Positions 19,696 to 29,423 of a stretch of DNA of 64,000 nt are shown here, one piece after another. Origin of the DNA: Armatimonadota bacterium (GTDB lineage Bacteria; Armatimonadota; HRBIN16); assembly GCA_963677485.1 (NCBI GenBank), contig OY781964.1, forward strand, positions 2,624,001 to 2,688,000. Direction: 5' to 3'. The notes under the pieces are model-generated. The model saw only the letters and a program-made list of their open reading frames with translations, had not been told where the DNA came from and did not search any database. A program made the position numbers and the translations under genes. Each line of letters opens with the position of its first letter. Position 1 is the stretch's first letter.

Positions 19696-20732
19696 TGCGC
19701 TCGGTGCTGATTACCGGAGCGGCTGGGTTCATCGGCGGTTACACGGTAGATGAGTTCGTCAACGCGGGTTGGCATGTCTACGCGCTTGTCCACAACTCCG
19801 TCACGCCCGGGTTGGAGCAGATGGCGGCTTCGGGTGATGTCACGCTGATCCGCGGCGACCTCACGCAGTTCGCGGCGTTTGAAGCCAGCCTGCAGCACGA
19901 GTTGGAGCGTCGCGATGAGAAGCTTGATGCGGTGGTTCACTGCGCTGGCAGGGCCTCCGATGTTGGCCGTCGGCACGAGTTCCGTGGATTGAATTACGAA
20001 TCGGTGCTGAAGCTGGGTGAGCTCTCGCTGCGCCTGGAGGTCGGGCGGTTCGTGTTCATCTCCACCACCGATGTCTACGGCTTGCGCGACTTCCACGGCG
20101 AAACGGAGACGGAGTTGCCGCTGCAGAACAACCGGCACAACCCGTATCCTGAGTTCAAAATCGCCGCTGAGGGGTGGATTCGGGCTCATATACACGCTGA
20201 GCGGTATGTCATCATCCGGCCCGCCGCGGTATGGGGTGTGGGTGATCCGACGCTGAGCCCGCGGATCGTGGATTTCTTGCGCAGCTCCCCTTGGATTATC
20301 CACTTCGGCAAGTGGCGAGGCCAGAACCGCTGGCCGTGTGCGTATGTGCGCAACGTGGCGAAAGCGATCCTGCTGGCCGTCACCAGGACCGAGGCGGCTG
20401 GGCGAGCGTTCAACATACTCGACTCGGAGCATACCACGATGGACGAGTTCTATCGTATTCTGGCCTCGATTGCCCTGCCGGAGAAGCAGTTTCGATCCGT
20501 CACACTGCCGCTGTGGGTGGGTCAGGCCATTGGCGGGGTGGTGTCCGGTATCTCGGATGCGTTGAACCTGAACCACCCGTTCACCGACCCCAGCCTGTAT
20601 GCGCTGTATTCTGTGTCCAGCCATCTGGATTTTAGCAACGCCGCGTTTCTGGAGCTGCTGGAAGGAGCTGGTCAAACTATCCTAAGCCGTGATGAGGGAA
20701 TCGAAGAACTGAAGAGGAGTGTCGAAAGATGA
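19695..20732 (+). CDS. Extended SDR (NAD-dependent epimerase/dehydratase, 3-beta-HSD-like)
   Basis: TGAAGFIG, HCAG, YPEFK (YxxxK) and IIRPAAVWG motifs. Confidence 0.88.
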   Translation: MRSVLITGAAGFIGGYTVDEFVNAGWHVYALVHNSVTPGLEQMAASGDVTLIRGDLTQFAAFEASLQHELERRDEKLDAVVHCAGRASDVGRRHEFRGLNYESVLKLGELSLRLEVGRFVFISTTDVYGLRDFHGETETELPLQNNRHNPYPEFKIAAEGWIRAHIHAERYVIIRPAAVWGVGDPTLSPRIVDFLRSSPWIIHFGKWRGQNRWPCAYVRNVAKAILLAVTRTEAAGRAFNILDSEHTTMDEFYRILASIALPEKQFRSVTLPLWVGQAIGGVVSGISDALNLNHPFTDPSLYALYSVSSHLDFSNAAFLELLEGAGQTILSRDEGIEELKRSVER

Positions 20733-22435
20733 AGTTGCCGCTGTTTTTGTGCGTGTTATTGGCCACCGTGAGCTTTGGTGGTTTGCCGGTCGAGGCCAGC
20801 AAAGCCTCCGATCTCCACGTGAAGAGTTACGGGGCCTTGCCGGACGACGGGCTTGACGACACGAAGGCAATCCTGACCGCCCTGAGCTATTGTAAAGCCC
20901 AAAAGAGCAAACGGCTGCTGCTTGCCAGCGGCATCTATGACATCTCAGTAGGGGTAGAGAAGGAGGCTGTGTTCGATCTGGCGGGTTACCAAAACCTCAG
21001 CATGGAGGGTCATGACACCCAGTTTCTGGTGCATGGTATGGGCGGCGTATTAAAGCTTTCGAACTGCAGTAAAGTGACTATTAAAGGGTTGAGCATCGAC
21101 TACGCGTATGTCCCGTTCTCAGAGGCCAAAGTGGTGGCAGTCGATGGTCAGCACTTCGACGTGGAGTTTGCCCCGGATCGAACCTGCTTCAGCGGCATGG
21201 GCGTGATCGCTTATATGGACTTCGAGCCTGACACCCGCCTTCCTGTGCAGCATGGGATCGACGCCTACAACACGGTGATATCCACGGAGCTTGTGAAACC
21301 GCAGGTGCTGCGTCTCAACCTGAGCGATAAGGCCACCATCAAGCCCGGTAAGCTGGTGCTGCTGCGGCACTGGGTCTACAACTGTGATGCCTTTACCCTC
21401 ACAAAATGCTCGGACTTCCGTATGGAGCAGGTCACCATCTACACCGCACCAGGGATGGCGGTTCGCTCAATGGCCTGTCAGAACCTCACATTTACCAAAC
21501 TGCGGATTGTGCCCAAGCAGGGCCGGTTGATGTCCACCACGGCCGATGGGCTGCACATCATAGGCTGTAAAGGAGCTGTGACGGTCAACGGATGTGAGTT
21601 TGAGGGTATGGGCGATGATGCCATCAATATCTACCCAGGCCTCTACCTCACCGCACTGGAGAAGCCCACGGAGAGCTCCATCATCGGACGTCACAACCTG
21701 AAGATCGCCGACCCACCCGACCCCGGCGAGACCATGGAGCTGGTGCATCAAGAGACCCTGCTTCGTTACGGCACCGCCGTGGTGAAGAATATTGAGCGGA
21801 ACCCGAAGGATAAGACCTATCGGGTGGTGTTCACGAAGCCCCTGCCGGCAGAGTTCAAAATCGGCGATGTAATCTGTAACGCCACCAGACTGGCCAAAGT
21901 GCGCATATCGAACTGCTCCATCAGTAAGAACCGCGCCAGAGGGTTCCTGGTGCAGGGGCGCGACATCGAGGTGAAGAACTGCCGGTTCAATAACTGCACC
22001 TCCGGTGGCGTGTGGGTGATCCCGGAGGTCACCTTCTTCTACCAGGGAGTTGGATCACGGGATGTGGTGATCTGCGACAACCAGTTCACAAATTGCAACT
22101 ACTCGGGCCCCATTGGCGAGGGTGTGATTTCCGTGTGTGCCTATCTGAACAACTTTGGATACCCCACAATACCGGGCGTGCATCGGAATATCCGAATTGA
22201 GAACAACACCATCAATGGCTCGGATAACTCCGGCATTTTCATTACTGGGGTGGATGGCCTGAGGATCACCGGCAACACGCTGACCAACGTCTGCCGGAAG
22301 CCCACCTGGCCCACGGGAGTATCCGCGGTCCACATCCAGGGCAGCCGAAAGGTGACGATGCGTGGCAACACCATCGACGAATCCGCACAGGGAGCGGGCA
22401 TGAAGACCGTCCTGCGTGAGGTCCAATCCGACTGA
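20729..22435 (+). CDS. Secreted right-handed parallel beta-helix protein, GH110-like
   Basis: Signal peptide, YGALPDDGLDDT, STTADGLH, GMGDDAINI and NRARGFLV motifs, repeated IENNTI-type strands. Confidence 0.75.
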   Translation: MKLPLFLCVLLATVSFGGLPVEASKASDLHVKSYGALPDDGLDDTKAILTALSYCKAQKSKRLLLASGIYDISVGVEKEAVFDLAGYQNLSMEGHDTQFLVHGMGGVLKLSNCSKVTIKGLSIDYAYVPFSEAKVVAVDGQHFDVEFAPDRTCFSGMGVIAYMDFEPDTRLPVQHGIDAYNTVISTELVKPQVLRLNLSDKATIKPGKLVLLRHWVYNCDAFTLTKCSDFRMEQVTIYTAPGMAVRSMACQNLTFTKLRIVPKQGRLMSTTADGLHIIGCKGAVTVNGCEFEGMGDDAINIYPGLYLTALEKPTESSIIGRHNLKIADPPDPGETMELVHQETLLRYGTAVVKNIERNPKDKTYRVVFTKPLPAEFKIGDVICNATRLAKVRISNCSISKNRARGFLVQGRDIEVKNCRFNNCTSGGVWVIPEVTFFYQGVGSRDVVICDNQFTNCNYSGPIGEGVISVCAYLNNFGYPTIPGVHRNIRIENNTINGSDNSGIFITGVDGLRITGNTLTNVCRKPTWPTGVSAVHIQGSRKVTMRGNTIDESAQGAGMKTVLREVQSD

Positions 22436-22600
22436 TCCGTGAAGCCGACTGGTGTATAGGCTATCCGCTAACAGACGTGGCCATGTGTCCTTCGCGTCTT
22501 CGCGTCTTCGCGTGAGATGATACCCCTTTCATGGGTAAGGGCAGGGATTTCCCTCGTCTTTGGTGAAATAGGTACTATTATGATGCCAAAGGAGTCAAAT

Positions 22601-23869
22601 ATGCGCATAGGAACAATCATCATCAGCAGCTTACTGCTTGCCGGTCTGGCAGCGGCCACTCAGGCCGCTAAGGAGAACCCGTATACGGCCGGACGTGTCA
22701 ACGCCCGTGATTTCATCATCCTGCCCTGGGGCGGAATGCCCGATCTGGACAAAACCAGCGACCCTTGGCTGAAGGGCTTCTGGGGAAGCACCCATGACAT
22801 GGACGCCACGATGAAGGATCTGTGGGAGTGCGGCTTCAACGCCACCGGGTTTGCCCCGATATCCACACTGAAGTATGCAGAGAAATATGGCCTTGGGGTC
22901 ATCACTTCGGACAACCCCATCAGGGAAAAGATGACCGATGAGCAAGCCGCTGATGCGGTGAAAAAGCTGATCGCCTCCGCCAAAGGCAGTCCGGCACTGA
23001 TCGGGGTCAACCTGCGCGATGAGCCGCTGCCTTCGGATTTCCCGTGGCTGTCGTTCATGGTAAAGGCGGTGCGCAAAGCCGACCCCAAACTGCTGCCGTA
23101 TATTAACCTATATCCCAGCACGATGGCCTTCCCGTTTTTCGGCTGCACTAGCTATGGCGACTACGTAGATCAGTTCGTCAAAGGCTGCAGCCCCTCATTC
23201 CTCAGCTATGACAACTACTCGATGGTGGAAGGTGCTAGCTTTTTAGACGACCAGTTCTATGCCAACCTGGAAGATATGCGCAAGAAGTCGCTGGAGTATA
23301 ACCTGCCGTTTTGGAATATCATCCTCGGCAACTGCCACTTCACGTATGCTCAGCCCACTCAAGCCACCATCAACGTGCAGGCCTTTTCCAGCCTGGCTTA
23401 CGGTGTGCGCGGCCTGTCCTACTTCACCTACTATGCGCCGATCTCAGGTAACTACCGGCTGGCGGCGGTCGACCAGTTTGGCAAACGGACGGACACCTGG
23501 GACTACATCCGGTCGGTGAACTACCAGATACATAAGCTGGCCCCGACCTATCTCAAGCTGAAAAGCGTGAATGTGTTCCACACCAACGGCAAACTGCCCC
23601 GACTGTGCCAGGGGATCGAGACCAGCAAGTATCTGAACAAGGTGGATGGCCGAAACCTGCTGGTGGGTGAGTTCGCCGGGCCAGATAACACGCCCTATAT
23701 CATCGTGGTGAACAAGAGCATCACCAACAGCACCTCATTCGGCGTGGAGTTCAAAGAGAAGGGCACCATCAAGTGCGTGAACGCCTACCGCGGCAACGTG
23801 GTTGACCATACTGGGGAGAACGTGTTCCTGGCCCCTGGTCAGGGCATGATGCTGTTTTTGCAGAAGTAA
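22601..23869 (+). CDS. Secreted putative glycoside hydrolase-like protein (paralog 1 of 3)
   Basis: Signal peptide; LRDEP, YINLYP, SYDNY and LAYGVRGLSYFTY motifs; GGAG RBS. Confidence 0.7.
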   Translation: MRIGTIIISSLLLAGLAAATQAAKENPYTAGRVNARDFIILPWGGMPDLDKTSDPWLKGFWGSTHDMDATMKDLWECGFNATGFAPISTLKYAEKYGLGVITSDNPIREKMTDEQAADAVKKLIASAKGSPALIGVNLRDEPLPSDFPWLSFMVKAVRKADPKLLPYINLYPSTMAFPFFGCTSYGDYVDQFVKGCSPSFLSYDNYSMVEGASFLDDQFYANLEDMRKKSLEYNLPFWNIILGNCHFTYAQPTQATINVQAFSSLAYGVRGLSYFTYYAPISGNYRLAAVDQFGKRTDTWDYIRSVNYQIHKLAPTYLKLKSVNVFHTNGKLPRLCQGIETSKYLNKVDGRNLLVGEFAGPDNTPYIIVVNKSITNSTSFGVEFKEKGTIKCVNAYRGNVVDHTGENVFLAPGQGMMLFLQK

Positions 23870-23938
23870 ACATCCCGCAGGATGATAAGATAATTGCGAT
23901 TTAGAGCGGTGCAGGTAAACTGCACGAGGAGGTCGGCA

Positions 23939-25207
23939 ATGCGGATCGGAACCATATTGATAAGCAGCTTACTACTGGCAAGCCTGGCAGTGGGCTCTCA
24001 AGCCAAAAAGGAGGACAATGTGTACACAACCGGACGTGTCAACGCGCATGATTTCATGATTTTCCCATGGGGCAGCATGCCCGCGGAGGGCGAAATCGGC
24101 AGCTATATGCCGGAAGGCCCCGCGGGGAAGAAGCCCAACTGGGACAGCACCATGAAGGATCTGTGGGAGTGCGGCTTCAACGCCACCGGCTTCACCAGCC
24201 TGGATGCCCTCCCCACCGCGAAAAAGTATGGTCTTGGGGTGTTTGCTCAGAACAACCCCATGAACCCGCAGATGACGGAGGAGCAGGCGGTTCAGGCCGT
24301 CAAGAAGCTGCTGGATTCTTGCCACAACGACCCGGCTCTGCTGGGCATCTACATCCGCGATGAGCCCAACTCCGCGGATTTCCCGCATTTGGCGATGATG
24401 TCCCGAGCCACGCAGAAGGCCAGCAAAACCCTGCTGCCATACCTGAACCTGCTGCCCGACTACGCCACCAATGGGCAACTGGGCGCCGAAAGCTACGGTG
24501 AATACATCGACAAGTTCGTGAAGACCTGCAGCCCCGTGTTCCTGAGTTATGACAACTACTCGCTCTTCGAGGGCACTGGACTCAATGAGGACCGATTTTA
24601 CTCCAACCTGGAGTCGATGCGGGCCAAAGGACTGCAGCACAACCTGCCCTTCTGGAACATCGTGCTGGGCAACTGCCACTTCGAGTACCAGGAGCCTTCA
24701 CAGGCTACCATCAACGTGCAGGTATGGTCAAGCCTGGCGTATGGTGCCCGCGGCATCAGCTACTTCACCTACTATGCGCCGCTGATCGGCAACTACCGGT
24801 CGGCGTCGATCGACCAGTTCGGGTTCCGCACCAAGACCTGGGGCTACATCCAGCATATGAACTACCAAATTCACAAACTGGCACCCATCTATCTCAAGCT
24901 GAAGAGCGTGAATGTGTTCCACACCGGCTACATGCCCAAAGGCAGCCAGGGGTTGGAGAGCAGTCACTACCTCAGCGGCATCGAGGGTAAGAACCTGCTG
25001 GTGGGTGAGTTCATGGGGCCGAATCAGCAGCAGTATGTGCTCGTGGTAAACAAGAGCACCACCAACAGCACCTGGTTCAACCCCGCTTTCAAGGATAAGG
25101 GCACTGTCATGTGCGTGAACGCATACCGCGGCATCGAGTGGGGATTTACGGGCGAGAACCTGTACCTGGCCCCCGGCCAGGGGATGCTGCTGTATCTGAA
25201 GAAGTAG
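23939..25207 (+). CDS. Secreted putative glycoside hydrolase-like protein (paralog 2 of 3)
   Basis: Colinear with 22601-23869 (IRDEP, SYDNY, LAPGQGMLL); GAGGAGG RBS. Confidence 0.7.
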   Translation: MRIGTILISSLLLASLAVGSQAKKEDNVYTTGRVNAHDFMIFPWGSMPAEGEIGSYMPEGPAGKKPNWDSTMKDLWECGFNATGFTSLDALPTAKKYGLGVFAQNNPMNPQMTEEQAVQAVKKLLDSCHNDPALLGIYIRDEPNSADFPHLAMMSRATQKASKTLLPYLNLLPDYATNGQLGAESYGEYIDKFVKTCSPVFLSYDNYSLFEGTGLNEDRFYSNLESMRAKGLQHNLPFWNIVLGNCHFEYQEPSQATINVQVWSSLAYGARGISYFTYYAPLIGNYRSASIDQFGFRTKTWGYIQHMNYQIHKLAPIYLKLKSVNVFHTGYMPKGSQGLESSHYLSGIEGKNLLVGEFMGPNQQQYVLVVNKSTTNSTWFNPAFKDKGTVMCVNAYRGIEWGFTGENLYLAPGQGMLLYLKK

Positions 25208-25218
25208 CGGAAGCTTCG

Positions 25219-25248
25219 GTCTGCTGCTGGCTAGTCCAGCAGCAGACT
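25219..25248. terminator. Hairpin between convergent genes, possible bidirectional terminator
   Basis: GTCTGCTGCTGG...CCAGCAGCAGAC stem. Confidence 0.55.
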
Positions 25249-25270
25249 TGCGGACATCGAGATAGTGTGG

Positions 25271-25702
25271 CTAATCACATACTTCAGGGATAAATTCCAG
25301 AGGTGACTTAATTTTGTGTTTTTCCATGAACACTTGGGATGCGTTATCATCCTTCGCACGATATTTATAACCGTATTGCCTATTGATGAACAGAACGCCG
25401 TCACCTGCCTTAAGTTTCAAGATTATGTAATGCGGTGTGAGCTCAATACCTTCGATTCGAAAAGGGATATCGACTGACGACCATGTAGACGAATTGCCGT
25501 GCTGGATTGCTCGTTGAGGTGAGAAACAGTTACCTGTTGGATCTAAGATGAGACTATCACCTCCAGGGAACTTATATTCGTCACAACCATACACTCTTAC
25601 TCTGCTGAGCATTATATGGAGATAGCTACCGATGAACACCGCTGAGACGACACAGCATATTATGATTGTCAGCCAATTCCAAGCCTTGCGCGTTTGTTTC
25701 AT
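25271..25702 (-). CDS. Hypothetical membrane-anchored protein
   Basis: 143-aa ORF with N-terminal TM helix; visibly more AT-rich than its neighbours. Confidence 0.55.
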   Translation of the reverse strand: MKQTRKAWNWLTIIICCVVSAVFIGSYLHIMLSRVRVYGCDEYKFPGGDSLILDPTGNCFSPQRAIQHGNSSTWSSVDIPFRIEGIELTPHYIILKLKAGDGVLFINRQYGYKYRAKDDNASQVFMEKHKIKSPLEFIPEVCD

Positions 25703-26756
25703 AGTGCCACCTGCGAGATCATCTTAATACGTAATCTACTCCCGCTTGATATCACTATACGCTATCGTTTCATGGCTGTCAAAAGCACGCACATCCCCGT
25801 CGTAACAACCGATCGACCGGACGGGGGTAGGGTATCGTGGACTTTTCCAGGGGTTTCGCTGCGCTCACCCCTGGCTGTAAATCGAGTAGGCGGGCTGTTA
25901 CCCCCGCCTCTCACACCACCGGACGTGCCATTTATGGCATCCGGCGGTTTCTACCCTGTTATCTCAGACTACACCCATGCGCAAGAGCTGGAACTCCAAT
26001 AAACCTAAACCACTGATTGTCCATGGCGTAGTGCGATGGTTTCGACTTCGATATATGCCACCATCCCTTGGATGACCCTGCTAGAGCCCGTGCGGCCCAG
26101 TCGCTCACATACCGCGACCGCAGGAAGTAATATATACCTGACGCCACCTTACACTGTTTCAGTCTGTAACAACGGACCCGTCTTCGGACCCAGCCGTCCA
26201 GACCTTCAAACAGGCTCTTCGACCAATTCAACTTAAAGTAGTGATACCACCCTATAAGAAACTGGCGAAGCTCCCGACATATCATCCACAAAGCACGGCC
26301 TCGGTTGCGTGATGAGATTTCGCGGATTTTCTCGTGGAATTTCACAACACTCTGAGGAGATACTTCCAGTCTTCCGTCCCGAAGGATACGGTAGCTTAGA
26401 AACTTGCGCTGATCCACCACGTCCACTGCACTCTTCTTGGCATTCACCACCAGCTTCAACCTCTTCTGAAGAAACTGCGTGATCGAGGTCATCACCCGTT
26501 CGCCAGCAACCTGACTGCGCACATATATGTTGCAGTCATCGGCATAGCGGCAGAAGCGGTGGCCTCGCTTTTCGAGTTCCTTGTCGAGTTCATCGAGCAG
26601 GATGTTGGACAGCAAAGGAGACAGTGGGCCGCCCTGGGGCGTCCCCTCATCCGATGACACGCACACGCCCTCCTGCATCATGCCAGCCGTAAGAAAACGG
26701 CGGATGAGCCGAAGAACTGTCTTGTCAGTGATACGTCGAGATAACCGTTCCATTAG

Positions 26757-28412
26757 TATCTTACCAACCATATTTTGAACACGGTGTATAGAATATTCTG
26801 ATATTACGCACCACACAAAGCGTTAGGCACAACGATCTGGCGAATAGCAAGTGCTGCCATGATGATACGCTTGCCAAGTGCAGTGAGGTAGTATTTGTAG
26901 CGTTTACCGCATTTTTTAACGAGCCGGAATACTCGGCATCGCTTGATGAAGTATGATATCTGAGAGCTGGACATCTGCGGTAAGGCTTTTTGAAGCATAC
27001 GGTTTGTGATCCCGCTGATGCATCCCTCTCCGCGAGCAAGTGCAATGAGACATTCCAAATCCTTCTTGAGGAAAAGGTTGAATCCTCGATACGAGCGATG
27101 ATCACGGGTGGTCGAGGTCGCGATTTTGATGATCTGATGTTCACCATCGCTGTTGTCATCAAGGGCGGAAAGAAAGTCAAGATATCTGTTGTTTGCAGAT
27201 AATAACAGTTCCCTCAATGGAGGAAGGCTGTAGATGGTCTTTTGCATAGGGGCGTATTTAATCTCAGTCGTCCCATCATGATGTTCTACCTCACGGTAGT
27301 GTTTAAATTCAGAGACGTCATTCACAGTCGTCTCGATACGCAAGATTATCCCTTGCTTGTCATACATTTTGATAGAAGCCCATCCCATGTAGTGTTTGAT
27401 GCGCGTGCCTTGTATGCGGCGATCGAACTTGTAGTCAGTGCCGATCTCAGCGAGTGTTCGCCCATCAAGTTTCTTACCAAGAAACATCGCGATAGACTCT
27501 GGCGTTACCGTATGTATCGCTGTTTTGACTAGATTATCGTAGATGGCTTTGAGGTCTTCGGCGCGTTTGAACACGATGTCTGTAGCATATTCCACCTGCA
27601 TTAGCGACCAATGATATGAATTGTCAGCAAGCCGTATCACGGGGCAATACATTCTGGCAAATGCATCCAGCGCATGGTGCAGCTTATCAGCAGGAAAAGC
27701 GTCTGCCAGCCTCTGAGCACAGCTAAAGTCGTCGATTTTTACAAAGGCGTTGTCCAGTGGAGTGAAAACTACTCCCTCGGATTGAAGGCAATGCGCGAGA
27801 TAATTGTGTCCATTACAATAGAATTGCAGACGGAAGGGCACCCAGGTCGGAACTCGTAGATAGCACAGTCCAAACTCTGCATCGATGAAATAGAAGTAGT
27901 AATGAAGACACTTGGTCTCCTTGATATTCAGCCGGGTTTTGTGGGTAATCTTGTCGTGCCACGGGGTGTATGCAGGACATTTTTCCAACACTGAGAATAT
28001 GTGGACGAGACCGGGGTGACACCCTCGACTACTAATGATCTCTTTGATGCGGTCTTCTTTTCGAAATGAAGAGGCACGGCGTATATACTCAATTTCAATG
28101 CTGTTGGTAACGGCAAGGCGTTCCGCATTGGCTTTGATCTCATCTCGTAGAGGTTCGGCAAATTCCTTAGGAAAGTCAAATAGCCTGATGTTGCGTTGAT
28201 GAAGATAGATGCCCATTCCGTCGCTATGACACCAGCCTGGGATTGTACCGGTGATAACTATGCGGTCGAAGCATGAATATACCCCAGCTATCTGCTTTGC
28301 ATAGCGTTCTTGAAGTGATGTCATTCTGGGCAACCTCACGAAAGGGTGTTTGAATGTATATTACGTGGCGAATGCAATCATTCCTTTTTTGGTTGCGGCT
28401 AAGCCGCCTTAG
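26757..28412 (-). mobile_element. Unclassified 1656-bp insertion element
   Basis: Flanked by TTAG at 26753-26756 and 28409-28412; exact removal restores the RT frame; no terminal inverted repeats; palindrome GCGGCTAAGCCGC at 28395-28407. Confidence 0.9.
26804..28324 (-). CDS. Putative transposase of the unclassified element (Rep-like core plus C-terminal winged HTH)
   Basis: Single ORF filling the element; HYYFYFID, QVEYATDIVF, IKMYDKQGIILRIETT motifs; C-terminal wHTH-like segment (...YKYYLTALG). Confidence 0.7.
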   Translation of the reverse strand: MTSLQERYAKQIAGVYSCFDRIVITGTIPGWCHSDGMGIYLHQRNIRLFDFPKEFAEPLRDEIKANAERLAVTNSIEIEYIRRASSFRKEDRIKEIISSRGCHPGLVHIFSVLEKCPAYTPWHDKITHKTRLNIKETKCLHYYFYFIDAEFGLCYLRVPTWVPFRLQFYCNGHNYLAHCLQSEGVVFTPLDNAFVKIDDFSCAQRLADAFPADKLHHALDAFARMYCPVIRLADNSYHWSLMQVEYATDIVFKRAEDLKAIYDNLVKTAIHTVTPESIAMFLGKKLDGRTLAEIGTDYKFDRRIQGTRIKHYMGWASIKMYDKQGIILRIETTVNDVSEFKHYREVEHHDGTTEIKYAPMQKTIYSLPPLRELLLSANNRYLDFLSALDDNSDGEHQIIKIATSTTRDHRSYRGFNLFLKKDLECLIALARGEGCISGITNRMLQKALPQMSSSQISYFIKRCRVFRLVKKCGKRYKYYLTALGKRIIMAALAIRQIVVPNALCGA

Positions 28413-29423
28413 GATATCATGGTTTACCCGGTCGAAGAACTTTTCTAGGTCGAGATCGACGACTATCGTATAGCCGTCTTTCACGAAGGCAGCACCCGCC
28501 TTCAGGGCATCGTGAGCACTTCGCTTCGGGCGGAAGCCATAACTCGACCGCGAAAAGGTGCGGTCGAACATTGGCCCCAGTATCTGGAATATCGCCTGTT
28601 GAACCAGACGGTCTTTCACCGTCGGGATACCGAGTTGTCTCTCACCTCCGCCGGGTTTGGGGATCTGCACCCCTCGCACCGGTGTAGGCAGATACTTCTC
28701 GGTCAACAGCTGTGCTTGCAGCGTGGTCAAGTGGTCGGGAAGCCATTTCGCCAGTTCATCGACGGTCATACCGTCTATCCCTGCCGATCCTTTGTTGGAC
28801 TTCACCTTCTTGCACGCTAAACGCAGGTTCGCCGGACTGGCGATCTGCTTCATGAGCGATAGGTCTGCGGATCGATCCTCTATCGGTGCCATGGACACTT
28901 GACGCTCCACCGCAGCACCTGAATTGGGAGTTCCACCCTTTCCAGTTGGTGCGTGGCAAGCGGCTTCAAATTCTGGTAATACCAGTTGATAGCCAGCTCC
29001 TTGCTGCTTCTTCATGTTCATAAACCTCCAGCGTCTTTCCGACATGGTAAATTCGGCCCTTCGTCTGACAAAGGCAGACTACTATGGCTTCTGCTGACTT
29101 CCTGATCTCCATCCGCTTTCCTCTCGGTCGGCATAGCCCGAAGGCGGAGGTCAGGATCTCTCAGGATAAGGCGTGTTACTTTCCCTTGGTGCGAATTGGA
29201 TCTACACATATAGCTTTTAGCGAAATATCGGGCTTAGTGCGATCCGCCACCATACCCGCCATATGTGCCTCATATCCACTTACTGTTCGTTCCGTCCAAG
29301 GTTCGCCGCCAGCTTCCTTCAGACCCCGCCTTACGACGACGCCCTTGCTCTTGGCTATGTGGTTCCGTTTCGCCACGGCCCCTTGGGAACTTACATCCCA
29401 GCAACACGTCATGCCTGACGTAC

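Larger units (their letters stand above)
25959..29021 (-). pseudogene. ltrA: Group II intron reverse transcriptase/maturase, split by an insertion
   Basis: N-part 29021-28413 (GSAGIDG, RQLGIPTVKDR, SYGFRP, DLEKFFDRVNHDI) joins in frame with C-part 26756-25959 (LMERL, GTPQGGPLSPLLSNI, RYADD, domain X); about 468 aa, no endonuclease domain. Confidence 0.93.
25881..29423 (-). mobile_element. Group II intron, class IIC-like
   Basis: 5' end GTACGTCAGGCATG; domain V AACCGCCGGATGCC...CACGTCCGGTGGTGTGAGAGG; 3' end CCTACTCGAT. Removing it restores the repeat CCCCTGGCTGTAA|GAATCTTACCCAC found intact elsewhere in the window. Confidence 0.92.

Noticed and set aside
26804-28339. ORF as a MarR-type transcriptional regulator
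   Set aside because: The wHTH-like part is only the C-terminus of a ~506-aa protein that fills a precisely bounded insertion.
25959-29045. RT as retron, DGR or defence RT, or as two separate genes
   Set aside because: The fragments join in frame into a standard intron RT/maturase, and intron domain V/VI and the 5' end are present.
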